Origin: Ruditapes philippinarum
Taxonomy: Eukaryota
Assembly (NCBI RefSeq): GCF_026571515.1
Contig: NW_026852998.1
Span: 558,001 to 622,000, forward strand
Direction of reading: 5' to 3'
Length of the DNA stretch: 64,000 nucleotides
Under the pieces are notes generated by a model, which had not been told where the DNA came from, ran no database searches, and worked only from the letters and a program-made list of their open reading frames with translations. How positions within the stretch are numbered: the stretch's first letter is position 1; every line of letters begins with the position of its first letter. Of this stretch, positions 48,101 to 59,639 are shown piece by piece. Made by a program: the position numbers and the translations under genes.

Positions 48101-51100
48101 TCAAGGTTACATAAAGGTCAAAGGCCAAACATGGAATAATTTTTTCTGGGTTCTATCCTTTATTCCTTGATGGGTTTTAAAATTACAAGGCATAAATGTT
48201 CACCATTGGGATCCAAGTCAAATTCTATTGTCAAGAGTAATCTTACAGGGCATAAATCATCTTTTGATAATAAAAATGATATTGATGCTTTTTGTAAAAG
48301 TCTTGTTAACACATTATTATTTATGTCTGCAGGTAAAATTTGTTATTTTCAGATATTACTATATAGTGTTATGATAGTATTAGTGAATATAAGTCATATA
48401 CAATAATGTCAGCTTTTGTTTTAGTACCAGGTACCAAAGCTACGCAAAAAGAAAGAATCTGGCGATGACATTCAGAAAATGTAAGTATATTCAACAGCAG
48501 AGATAACTAACTACCTATGTCATAAATAAAGAGCCAGAACAGCTTTCTTATGAAGTCTGACCAGGCTCTATACTCTATACTGATGATTGCTCAGTTTTAT
48601 TGTTTTGATACTAAAATCTTTAAAACCAACAACGGACAGGTCCAAATTAACAGCTGGACATGTTCATTGTACATAGTTGACCAGTGTCTGGATCTTATGC
48701 CCAATATAATGTGTATATTTATATTGTATATTTATATAAACATTTACTGTTTTAAAACTCTTATAGTTAACCTACTTAATTATGGGAAATAAAGTCCTTT
48801 AAATGAAAGTCATAAAAATTAGGATTAAGATAGAAAAGCAAATGTTCTGCCGAGAGATGACCAAATATTTTTAACATCAGCATAAAACCCAACCAAACAT
48901 GTCAATGATCTTTTTTAAGTCTCAGTATTAAACTGTTTACTTATTGCAGGCTGTCCAGCGTCCCTAAAATTCCTAAAAAATCCTAATTTTTTTCAGTATG
49001 GCTAATATTCCTAAAAAAAATGAAAAATTCAAAGGGAATTCCTAAAAAAGCCCTATTTTTTCACTTAAATTCCTATTTTTTTTATCTTCTGTGATAAACA
49101 TATTGCGAAACAACCATGTTTCAATCACAACCTAAATTCGAACAGTCAGTGGAGCTGATGTCATGTCTGACTAAATTGCATAAAGTCACATGTTGTATTT
49201 ACTTCAACTCCTGCAGAAATGTACTTGATAAATTGTCAGATGTTATCATAAAAATAATAAGAAACTGTTTGTTTTAAATGGAACAATGAAAATTGTCTGA
49301 CTTTGACTATATCAAAATTGTCACCTGTTTAAAATTTTGATAAAAAAAATTTCCAAGGAAGTTACATTTTTATTGGCTACAGAGTTTTACCATTTACCTC
49401 AGTCTTAGGTGTATTCAAAGCAACTTTTTACATGATGTACCACTGAATTTCATCAAACTTTATGTAGGGGTCCTTATTAATAAAATCTTAATTTGTAATC
49501 AAGTTATTTTCAAGTGATGACTGTATAACAGATCTTTTGTAAGTGATACCAGCTGGTAGATCTAGACAAGTTTCAATATTTGCTAATTATAAAGTGGGTA
49601 AAGTAAACTGGCAGTAATTATTGGATGCTTTAACCATTTTGCTACCCAATTAGCATACTAAGAAGTGACACCTTCAGCTACCCTTTTTGTACACATTAAC
49701 ATGTTCTGAACACATGCTATAACATATAGTGTAAGTTTTTTTTAATCTGGAAAAAAAAACTGTCGAAAATCATTGAAAAAGGTGATACTGTTGTGAAATT
49801 TTCTACAATTTTTAGTAGCCTGATTTATCATGAACAAATTCTTCATAGGAATATATACCCTGCTGTTTGAATTTAAGTTTTAATATTCCTGGGAATGACT
49901 TGAGTGGGTCATATCGTTTTTATTGTTTTTTAAGAAAGATCAAGACTTGTTGAAAATGTACCAACCTTAAAATAAATAAATGTTGATAAGAAAATGCATT
50001 TATAGCTAAAAGCTAAAATAAATTTAAAGCATTATTTCCCCTTCCATTTATTATTGGCTAATCATAGCTTAACTAATTGAATATAAGTTGTTCCGGTAAA
50101 CTTATAACTTTGAAAATGTTTTCATTCTAGTTATGTTTTAATGTAGTTTTTCAGCTCTTTTTAAAGGCAGTTGACCAGTGAATCCATTTCTTCACTGGTG
50201 ACTATGGAATACTGGTAACACCTCTACTATAACCGAACTAGAACATTATTTGTGAGTTACTTTTGTGTCAAATATGCAAATTTGAGTCCATATTATGGTC
50301 TTTTGAGGCCATAATTTAGTTATAAAATTTCAAATTTTAGCCCTAAAATTTCTTTTGTTTACCCTAAAATTCCTAATTTTAGCCCTAAAATTTCTTAAAA
50401 ATTGCCCTAAAATTTGCCCTAATTTTTTGTCAGAAGGTGCTGGACAGCCTGTTATTGTCCCCCGCCTTTTCGAAGAAAAAAGGGGGATATAGAAATAGGC
50501 TCTGTCCGTCTGTCTGTCTTTCCGTCGGTCTATTTTGGGTTTAGGGGCTATATGACAGTAAAGAGAATAGGTTCATTCTGTGATCAAAGAGTTTATGGGC
50601 TGGTAGCCCTTAAGAAAACAAAGAAACTAACAAAGAAAATAGCCTCTAAACCCAAAATGTTGGAACGTCTGTCCGTCCGTCACACTTTCGTGTCCGGTCC
50701 ATAACTTTGTCATTTATTAAAGGAATCTGAAATAACTTGGCACTAATGTTTGTTATAATAAGACGATGTGTCATGCGCAACAACCAGACCCCTACCTCCA
50801 GGGTCAAGGTCGCACTTGCTCATTCAAGGTCAACATTGTCTATTTGAGGGTATATGTCGTGTCCGGTACATAACTTTTTTATCTTTTAAGGGATTTTGTA
50901 AATACTTGCCACAATTGCTCACAATAATGAGTAGATGTGTCATGCGCAACAATCTGTCACCTACCTCCAAGGTCAAGGTCACACTTGGAGGTCAAAGATT
51001 AACAAAGTCTGTAACAGGGTATATTTCGTGTCCGGTCCATAACTGTCATTTATCAAAGGAATTTGAAATATCTTGGCACAAATGTTTGTTATAATAAGAC

Positions 51101-54100
51101 GATGTGTCATGAGCAACAACCAGACCCCTACCTCCAGGGTCAAGGTCGCACTTGCTCATTCAAGGTCAACATTGTCTATTTGAGGGTATATGTCGTGTCC
51201 GGTCCATAAATTTTTGTGCCCCCACTTTAGTGGCTGGCATTTAGATTTACCCTTGTCCTCGGTCCATCCGTTCTCTTTTGTGTCGCACGTAAATCAAAAA
51301 GTATTTGACCTAGAGTCATGAAACTTTACAGGAATGTTGATCAGCATGTGTAGTTGTGCACCTGGGTAGTTTCATCTGGATATTTTTAGTATTTTTAGAG
51401 TTATTGCCCTTGACTTAGTAAAATTTTGTAATTTTTCAACGTGTGTTGCATGTAACTCAAAAGTATTTGACCTAGAGTCATGAAACTTTACAGGAATATT
51501 GATCAGCATATGTAGTTGTGCACCTGGGTATTTTCGTTTGGATTTATTTAGTATTTTTAGAGTTATTGCCCTTGACTTAAATTTTTTTTTGTAATTTTCA
51601 ACTTGTGTTGCATGTAACTCAAAAAAGATTTGACATAAAGTCATTAAACCTTATGGGAAGGTTGCTCAGCATATTTAGTTTTGCACCTGGGGTTTCGTGG
51701 ATTTATCCAGTATTTGTTATTTCCCTTGACTTAGTAAAAACCATTTCATTATGATGTTATTTGTTCCTTGAGTGCTTGAGTTAGAATCAACCAACTTTAC
51801 AGGAATAATGATCAACATCACTAAATTACAGAAATAATGATTCACATCACTGTGAAGCTATGCAACTGAGACTTTGCATGTGGATTTTTTTCAGTTTTGT
51901 TAGAGTTATTGCCCTTGACTTACAGAAGTATAAATTTGCAATTTTCAACTTGTTCATGCATAGCTCAAAAGGTATTTCACTTGTAGGCCTGAAAGTTTAC
52001 AAGAATGTTGGTCAGCATGTGTACGTATGCGCCTTGGGGTTTGCTTGTGGATTTATTCAGTATTTGTAAAGTTCTTGCCCTTTACTTAGTAAAAGATTTT
52101 TAGTTTTCAAAAAATATTAGACCTAGAGTATATGTTACATGGTATATTTTATGTCCCGTCCATAACTTCTTCATAGAACAAGGGATTTTGAAAATATTTG
52201 GCACAAATAGTCACAATGATAAGATGATATGTCATGTGTAACACCAGTGTCCCTACCTCCAAGGTCAAGGTCACATGTAGAGGTCAAAGATTAACATAGT
52301 CTCTTAGAGGGTATATTTTGTGTCCCATCTATAACTTTTTCATAGTTCAAGGGATTTTGAAAATACTTGGTACAAATAGCTACAATAATAAGACGATATG
52401 TCATGCACAACACCTGGACCCCTACTTCCAAGGTCAATGTCACACTAAGAGGTCAAAGCTTAACATTCTTTTTTTTTCTTTAATAAATTTATTGTTGCAT
52501 TTGCAGATCTAGCATTGATCATAATTTTGGACTGAAAGTCCTTTAATCCATACCTCAATCTTTTTAAATAGCACAATTTTATGCTTCATATAAAACTTCC
52601 CTTGAAACTTGAAACTTTTTATTTAATTAAACGCCTGTTTCTATTTAACAATATTCAACTGCGTTGTACAGTACATATAAATAATAAGAATAAAATTGTG
52701 AATGCATGAGAATATGTGGATCAACATCAAGTGAAATAAAAGCTTTTACATACAATTCCAATTAACATATTTTTAAAAAATTGCAGAGACCATGAAATGA
52801 TAAAACTGATTGATATACATGTAGCATGAGATAAGATTATGTACATACATGTAACTTGATTACAAATAGATTAAAAAGAATAAAACATTCATTTACATTG
52901 CACATTCATCACACTGTCAGTTATCAGTTATACGTTACTCATGTTTATCTCAATTCAGATTTTAAAATAGTGATTCAAACTTTCTGAAAAAATGTGTTTT
53001 AAGATTTCTCTTAAATACATCAATATTCTTAGATTGTTTCAACTCTAATGGCAGCGGATTCCACAATTTTGGACCAATAGTTCCAAAACTTCTGTCACTA
53101 AATGTTTTTCTTTTATTGAATGGAATAATGTAGCAGTTCTCAGAGGTTTTAGCTGAACGTAGTCGGGTATTTGGTACTTGTTTGGTTAGGAGTCCAGAAA
53201 GGTATTTTGGAGCATGACCGATTGAACAATTGTATACAAAAAGTCAAAATTTTATATTCGATTCTAGATTTGATGGGCAGCCAGTGAAGGTCGAACAGTG
53301 CTTGCCTTGAACTGTCAAATTTCTTTCGTTGCAGAACTAACTTAGCGCACATGTTTTGAATACGTTGCATTTTTTTCAATTCAAAATCGGATACACCATA
53401 AAGAATGACATTGCAATAATCCAAGTGTGACATTACGAGTGCTATAACTAGTATTTCAGCTGCTTCTTTGGTGAGGTATTTTCGGATACGTTTTATTCTA
53501 AGATAGTTTAACATTGCTGTACGGCACTTTCGTTTGACATGTTCCTTGAAATTTAGTGTTTGGTCTAGAAATGCGCCTAAATATCTAATGGACTCCTCGG
53601 AGTTGATCTTATCTCCGTTAATACAAATGGATTTTAGGTGACACTTTTCGAGTTGTTGAGAACTTCCAAATGTTATGAACTCTGTTTTCGATGAGATCAT
53701 CTTGAGTTTATTAGCGTTCATCCAGTTCATCCCCGAGGCGGGGGACGTTGGTAACTGTTACAAATTCTTGTTAGGGGAGAAATTGTGTAAGCAACCAGAG
53801 AGCTTAGCCAGTGCAGCCTTGGTATGGTATTCCAAGGGTCTTGGGGTTCGAGTCCTGTTAGATTGACATTTAAATTACAATTTGTATTTCAACATTAAAT
53901 TTTATAAAGACAAGTACACAAGTAGCTCTTGATATGAATTTTGTAGTATAAAAGATTATTACATATCATTGATGTATTTTATACTTTTCAGGCCTAGAGG
54001 TGCTACTCCGTACAAGGTTTCAATGTTTCCATGGGTATCAACAGAAGTAAGCGAGAATGACCAATCAGATGATGTTGATATTTGCTCTACAGCTACTCCT

Positions 54101-56242
54101 CCAAGTTTTAACCTACAAGAGGAGGAGGAGTCTTGGCCTCCGCCACCCTCAGATAGCGAGTTACTAGGTGAACACACAACAAGAACTCATGATTCACCAC
54201 ATGTACCTCCACCCCCTCCTCCTAGAATGGGAAGTCTGAAGAAAAGGGAATGTACTTCAAACTCTCCAAAACTGGCTGGTAACTATGCAGATCCGTATGA
54301 TAAACTTCCAGATCCACAGTCTAAACAGAGACTTGTTACTTCTCATTATCAGGACCCTGTAGACTGTGTTCCTCTTGTAAAACAGAGAACCATTCCGGAA
54401 GATGCTAAACTTGTTCTCCAGAATTTGGCAGGAAATGATGAACCAGATTTGAGTTTGTATTCTAAACCTGTGAAAGAGAAAAGATTAAGCAAAGAGGAAT
54501 TGGAAGAACTTTATGCAAAACCTCTCAAGAAAGCAAAAAGAAATAATATTGGCAGTCTATCAGAAGGTACAGAAAAGCCTGAGCCAGTCTCTGGTGAACC
54601 AAGTGATTTGTACAATGAAATAATGGAACATATAAACAAAAGCAGTTCAGAAGACACTAGTAAGATAACAAGTTTTAAACCCGACCCTGATTATGAAACA
54701 ATTGATGAGTGTCTTGCCAAGGTTAACAGTGAATCCAGTGAAAGTAAAGGCCATATTAGGGAAGTTAAAGATGATACAAGGAAAGTAAAAGATATGATGG
54801 ATAAAAGTGGAGAAGAAGGTACACAAAAGTTTGCTACAATTTCACGGTCAAAGAAAATGAGGGTAATGGCTGCTTCAACTGAGAAAATCTATGAAACCTA
54901 CCTGAGTCTAGGAAGGAATGCAAACCCTTTCAAAGGGAAAACGGATATCCCAAAATTACCAGACACAGCTTCAGACTTTAACTCTGGTCCCTTTACACAT
55001 TCCTTGAAGTTGAAATCTAAATCTCAACCAGACATTTCATTCAGTGAAGGACTTCAAACATTTGATATAGATATGAACAAAGACCAGGATCACTTAAGTT
55101 CTGTTCCTCAGTTCAGCTCTTTCAAACCAATTGAAAATAACAAAAGCACACATAAAGATAGGAATGAAAATAAATTGAAAGACAGCGGAAGAGCTAAAAG
55201 TTACGAGGATGGTTTAAGGAACATAGAAGAGCCAAGAACACCAATTATAATGGCCACACCATCATTTGATTCTCTCTGTAATGTGACACCTCTTAGTTGT
55301 AAATCTTTTTCATCACATAGCTTGCCAAATAAGTCTGGGTCATATGAGAGCTTGTCTTCCCAAAGTCACATGTCAACCTCAACTAATTCAAGCCTTTCAT
55401 TTGGCCCAGATGATAAATCTGGCTCACTTCAGAGCTTGCATTCTGACAAATCACTTTCACCAGTAAAAGAAGAAGAGGAATTTGATCAATGCATGGATGC
55501 AAAGAATGAGTTAAAAACTAAAGTTGAATTACTTGGAAAACAAAATACGAAAAGTCTGACACATGAACCTGTGGACTCTGTGAATGGTGATTTTGAATCA
55601 GTTAAAACAAATGTTGTTCCTTTGACCCCAGGGAAAATAAGTGCTCTAAAACATGGAATAGATTTATCAGTGTATCTACTGAAACCTGCAAAACAAGATG
55701 ATAAAAGTAAAGAAAATGTCCCTGAAAATGAGAAGACTTTGCAGACAACATTAGACAGCCATGTGCGAAAACCTAAAAAGACTGGTGAACCTCTTGTCAA
55801 TCAGAAACTGTTTGATAACCAATCAAGGTTAGCTATAAAAGATAAATTGTCTGGGGTGAAGACCAAAGTTGATGTAGGGAAGTCCTCTTCAAGGAAGGAA
55901 ACAGAGAGGCGACATACTGTACAAACAGTTCAAGATATCCCTGTAAAATATGAAGATGCCATGACCGTAACTAATGCGGCAAAAAGTAGAAAGGGTGAGA
56001 CTGTTTTGTATGGAAAGTCAAAGTTTGAAGAAGGTTTTAATGGAAGTGATGAAAGCTTGCATTGGCCAGATAGCAAGAGACATTGTGGAGATAAGAAACG
56101 TATGTTAACTGTAGATGACCACTATCTTGAGACTGATCTTGATAAAGTGATCACTGATAAAAGCCGGAGGTCAATGAAGAAAAGTAAAAGTCACAGTGGT
56201 TTTGATACAGGCACTAGTACAGTTGTAACAGATATCTGGTAG
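39162..56242 (+). CDS. Nine-exon gene, 1022 aa: SCI1-like helical domain plus long disordered tyrosine/proline-motif tail (uncharacterised)
   Basis: Exons 39162-39175, 41320-41480, 42094-42207, 42716-42780, 43573-43665, 44743-44988, 47329-47397, 48425-48480, 53992-56242. All introns are GT-AG, phases 2,1,1,0,0,0,0,2 are consistent, and the total of 3069 nt is one open frame. Confidence 0.8.
39372..40775 (-). mobile_element. Tandem array of a HINE-like element (two long copies plus an extra terminal fragment) in intron 1
   Basis: The ~70-bp GC-rich end GCAGGTACTCGC...GAGCTCGCTA occurs at 39687 and 40705. The other end AATATGAAAAAGGCAAAGCCTCAAAGC occurs at 39375, 39769 and 39825. SubTIR GCGAGCTCGA at both ends. 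Confidence 0.72.
41320..41480 (+). CDS. SCI1-like gene, exon 2
   Basis: TTATAG| ... CAG|GTAGAT; open frame SKKRDVNQASLEDDVGLQKKHHGLSGSLDDLLDIG... Confidence 0.78.
41612..41800 (-). mobile_element. tRNA-derived SINE (CORE-like body)
   Basis: Minus strand: GTGGCCAAGCAGTTAA A-box-like head, GGATTCATACCC decayed B box, TTGTTTCTGTGAGCAA...CTTAGGACTGGTTAGTTCCAGAAATGGATTCAAGAGTG body. Confidence 0.55.
42094..42207 (+). CDS. SCI1-like gene, exon 3 (acidic then Lys/Arg-rich, NLS-like)
   Basis: TTATAG| ... AAA|GTAATC; 114 nt, phase 1-1. Confidence 0.78.
42716..42780 (+). CDS. SCI1-like gene, exon 4 (first half of the SCI1-like domain)
   Basis: TTTCAG| ... GAG|GTATAA; NLISMEDFLGKQTEFKMWLYEE. Confidence 0.8.
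43573..43665 (+). CDS. SCI1-like gene, exon 5 (second half of the SCI1-like domain)
   Basis: GTACAG| ... ACA|GTAAGT; KSKNAGEMSSPKLKAHFKQFVRLWNKKKLAT. Confidence 0.8.
44378..44562 (+). mobile_element. tRNA-derived SINE (bivalve-type)
   Basis: A box GTGGCTGAGTGG, B box GGTTCGAGCC, body shared with 30862-30981. Confidence 0.7.
44743..44988 (+). CDS. SCI1-like gene, exon 6 (KYY end of domain, then SP/TP-rich segment)
   Basis: TTATAG| ... CTT|GTAAGT; overlaps ORF 44764-45018. Confidence 0.82.
45594..46739 (+). mobile_element. HINE/pearl-like element with ~7 x 145-bp near-identical tandem repeats
   Basis: SubTIR AACCAGGTTTTCAACGA / TCGTTGAAAACCTGGTT; units at 45661/45806/45951/46096/46241/46386; 3' CGTCGCA-TTGCGGCG hairpin + CTTGT end. 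Confidence 0.9.
46834..47271. mobile_element. hAT-type MITE (TAG ends)
   Basis: 16-bp TIR TAGAGCTGTCATTGAT / ATCAATGACAGCTCTA; internal ATCGAT repeats; degenerate 8-bp TSD (AATTTGCT/ATTTTGTT). Confidence 0.72.
47329..47397 (+). CDS. SCI1-like gene, exon 7
   Basis: Long T-rich acceptor TTTTAG| ... CAG|GTATAT; 69 nt, phase 0-0. Confidence 0.72.
48425..48480 (+). CDS. SCI1-like gene, exon 8
   Basis: TTTTAG| ... AAT|GTAAGT; the phase-2 end fits the acceptor at 53991. Confidence 0.75.
48947..50451. mobile_element. Non-autonomous TIR transposon with CAGG ends and 6-bp TSD (hAT6-like)
   Basis: 13-bp TIR CAGGCTGTCCAGC / GCTGGACAGCCTG; TTATTG on both flanks; clusters of CCTAAAA/CCTAAT subterminal repeats. 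Confidence 0.8.
51211..52135 (+). mobile_element. Second HINE-like element nested in the host array
   Basis: New 5' end TTTTTGTGCCCCCAC interrupts a host unit; different ~165-bp tandem unit; 3' end not recognisable. Confidence 0.68.
52601..53730 (-). mobile_element. L2-clade LINE, 5'-truncated (RT C-terminal region + 3' UTR)
   Basis: WMNANKLK..SKTEFI...RYLGAFLDQTLNFKEHV...SHLDYCN..LYG...QRIQN..AKLV...LHWLPIKSRIEYK; frameshifted tail WNPLPLEL..FKTHFF; 3' (GTTTCAA)n tail. Confidence 0.9.
53992..56242 (+). CDS. SCI1-like gene, large terminal exon 9 (low-complexity, probably disordered)
   Basis: Acceptor TTTTCAG at 53991; ~750 open codons in AT-rich DNA; S/K/E/D/P-rich; no folded domain recognised. 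Confidence 0.88.
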
Positions 56243-57599
56243 CAATATGAATCTGGGTTTAGTGAATTTCAATTTTATTGTTTTTGAAGGTTAAGATTGG
56301 GCGGCCCACAGTCAGTATCAAGTTCAGTCAGTTTGCACAGACATGCAACCTGGCTTGGCATTTTTTTTGGCCGCAAGGCTCTGAACTCTCACTACTTTAA
56401 ACCATTTCCCTGTAGAAATAGGTAGACTCCACATCTATTTTTAGATTGAAAATGTAGCTTCAATGTATTGGTATGTTTGGGACAAATATATGTGTAATGA
56501 ATTGTTGGTTTTTTGTGTGCCTTACTAGTATCTAATATAATGTTAATATTTAAGGCTGTCTCAATATCATTTATCATATAAATTTATTTAAGATTCAGTA
56601 GCTTTATGCCTAAAATAACAAGTTTCAATTGGGAAGATAGTTTGGTAAAGGGGGTGTATTTCCCTATTAAGCATTAATCGGTTTGTTTCTTAAAGTTAGC
56701 TGGGACACAATATTCTGTCCCAGCTTAAAGGCATGTTGAGAGCGTCATATATGAGCAAGTTTTTTCTTTCAGTAGAAATGGCAAACATATGTTTTATAAT
56801 GTTGTAATTATTGATCGACATTGTATGAGGATATTACTGGAATAAAAAAAGCACTGAATGTATACAATTTATGGTAAAGGTAGCACAATGTAAAAGAAGT
56901 GGTAGTTTAACTTCCATACATAATACTATATTTATTGCCAAAATGCAAAAGATTGGCAATGAGTGACTATGGAATTAAAATATTTTCGAAAAATAAAAAT
57001 GATATATTTTGGCTTATTGGTTTGGGCCTTTAATGTATCCATTTAGGTACAATATTGTTTTCATGATAAAAATATGAATTTTGAATTGTTCAAATAATTT
57101 GTTTATCCATAATGTTTAAGTAAGGGATATTTTTTTTGTTTCTTTATTTAATTGATCTTTTAAAAGCGGGTATAAAATAGTCAGTGTTGTGACTTGTTTT
57201 TTTTTCAGTTATTGTATTTGTTAAGGTATCATAGTTATGTAATCATAATGTATATAAAACTGTATGAAAACCTCTGTCTCTGTTTTACAGCATGTACATT
57301 TGTAACTATGCATGTATATTCTTTGCTTTTTGATGTTGTGCATCTTTTATATATATTTCTGTATATAAAGACATCAAAATCTGAAATATGTTGTTTTGTT
57401 CATGTTGGGCATCAATCTTTTATGGAAAAAAAGAGTGGTTTAAAGAAATATCTTCCAACACCTGCAGGAACTGAAAGTTACAGTCTTAACCACAACAAGT
57501 ATAGAGCCAAGCCTGTCTGACCAGGTGCTTTACTGTCTGTATGGCAGGTAGATCAATTCTATATTGATGTTCAAATCCTTTGAATGGACAGCAGATCTG

Positions 57600-58480
57600 T
57601 TACAAAAGTTTGGGTGGGTATATAGGAGTCACCTGGTGGTTGGTCAGTCCAGCATTTTCCTTGTCCGGAGCTTGAAGAACTTGAAGACTAATGGTTGGAA
57701 TTCAATACAACTTCATACAATGGTCAAGCACATTGAGAGGAAGTGCAGTGCACAAGAACCATAACTCCATCTTGACTAATTACAGAGTATTTGACCTTTG
57801 TTACTTTTCCTTGTCCAGAGCATAACTTGAAAACTACTAGTTGGAATTCAATACTATTTCATACAATGGTCAATATATTGAGAGGAAGCCCAGTGCACAG
57901 AAACCATAACTCTTTCTTGACTCATTTAAGAGTTTTTGCCCTGTGTTATTTTTAATTGTCCAGTGCACAACTTGAGAATTCAATGAAACTTCATACAATG
58001 GTCAAGGGCAGTGAGATGAAGTGCAGTGCACAAGACTTATAGTTGGAATTCAATACAACTTCATACAGTGGTCAAGCGCGATGAGAGGAAGTGCAGAGTA
58101 CAATAACCATAACTCAATCTTCAGTATTTGTAGAGTTCTTGCCCTTTGATCATCATTTTCCTTGTCCAGTGCATAACTTAAAAACTAATGTTTTGGAATT
58201 CAATGCAACTTCATACAATGGTCAAGCGCAATGAGAGGAAGTGCAGTGCTCAAGAAGTGCAACTCTTTCTGGACTTTTTACAGAGTAATCCAATGAAACT
58301 TCATCAATGGGCAACCACATTGAAAGGAAATGCAACATACAAGAACCACAACTATCTTTAATTGCCCACAACCATAACTATATTTCAATTGTTTTACAAG
58401 GTATTCTGTTACTAGTAACTTCCTCATTTCCAAAGCAGTCTTGCTGGGGTATTAATCACATTTAGTGATAGTTCTAGTTC
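57600..58480 (+). mobile_element. Degenerate HINE/pearl-like element with ~150-bp tandem units
   Basis: Repeated GAATTCAAT..AACTTCATACAATGGTCAAG..GAGAGGAAGTGCAGTG; 3' GGGGTATT + ATCAC..GTGAT hairpin + TCTAGTT. Confidence 0.75.
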
Positions 58481-58562
58481 AAATCTGTTTATAAATAAGG
58501 AAAATGTGAAATTTCTTGAATTTTCAAAAATTAATTAAACAGATTTTATATGTCCGCGTTCC

Positions 58563-59434
58563 ATTTTTATGCTCCCCGAAGGGTGAGCATATAGTCGCCG
58601 CTTTGTGCGTCCGTCCCCTTTTCTTGTCCGGGCCATAACTGAAACAACAAGAGGTATCAACATGAAACTTTGTAGGTAGATAGATCACATTGAGTAGGTG
58701 TGCAGTGCACAAGAATTGTAACTCTGCCTTGCCTAATTTTTAAATTATTGCCCTTTGTTTATTTTACACTTAGAACTTTGTCCGGGACAGAACTCCAAAG
58801 TATAAGAGATATCAACATGAAACTTTGTAGGTAGATAGATCTCGTTGAGTAGAAGTGCATTGTTACAGAATCATAACTCTGTCTTGCCTAATTTTGGAGT
58901 TATTGCCCTTTGTTAATTTTGTCCGGGACGTTACTCTAAAATTATAAGAGATATCAACATGAAACTTTGTAGGTAGATAGGTCTCATTAGGTAGAAGTGC
59001 AGTGCTAAAGAACCATATCTCTGCCTTGCCTTATTTTGAAGTTATTGCCCATTGTTTATTTTTACTTTTTGCCTTTTGTCAGGGACATAACTCTAAAACT
59101 ATAAGATATCATCATGAAACTTTGTAGGTAGATAGATCTCATTGGATAGAACTGCAATGCTAAACAACCTTAACACAGCCTTGTCTAGTTTTAGAGTTAT
59201 TGCCCTTTGTTCATTTTTACATTTTGAATTTTACCCGGGACACAACTCTGAAGCTATAATCATCACGAAACTTTATAGGTAGATAGATCTCATTGAATGG
59301 AATTGCAGTGCAAAAAATAAATAATAACTCTGCCTTGCCTAATTTTGGAGTTTTTGCCCTTTGTTTATTTTATTATACTTGCCTGTGTCCAAAACCTTCT
59401 CGGGGAGCATCACCCGGTTCAACATGTTCTTGTC
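58563..59434 (+). mobile_element. HINE/pearl-like element with ~5 tandem units of ~145-160 bp
   Basis: SubTIR ATGCTCCCCGA / TCGGGGAGCAT; GTCC microsatellite; repeated CATGAAACTTTGTAGGTAGATAGATC. Confidence 0.85.
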
Positions 59435-59639
59435 ATTTATATTGAGAGAATGATTACAAGAATTTTCATGACAAATTAAACTAAAAATTTTGACCATTCG
59501 CCTGATAATATTCACTAATTAAGAGAAATGTGTTCTAAAATTTTTAGATGACGAATGCCAACTCGTGTAGATTTGGTTCTGAAATGCAAATGGGTTTGGT
59601 ATTGTATCACCCATTATGTTTTGTGTCAGTCGCGGAAAA

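Larger units (their letters stand above)
50452..53772 (+). mobile_element. HINE/pearl-like host element interrupted by nested insertions
   Basis: 5' GTCCCCCGCC subTIR (50457) pairs with 3' GGCGGGGGAC (53737) + GTAAC-T-GTTAC hairpin + CTTGTT. ~170-bp AAGGTCAAGGTCA-containing units at 50690-51210 resume at 52140-52460. Confidence 0.75.
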
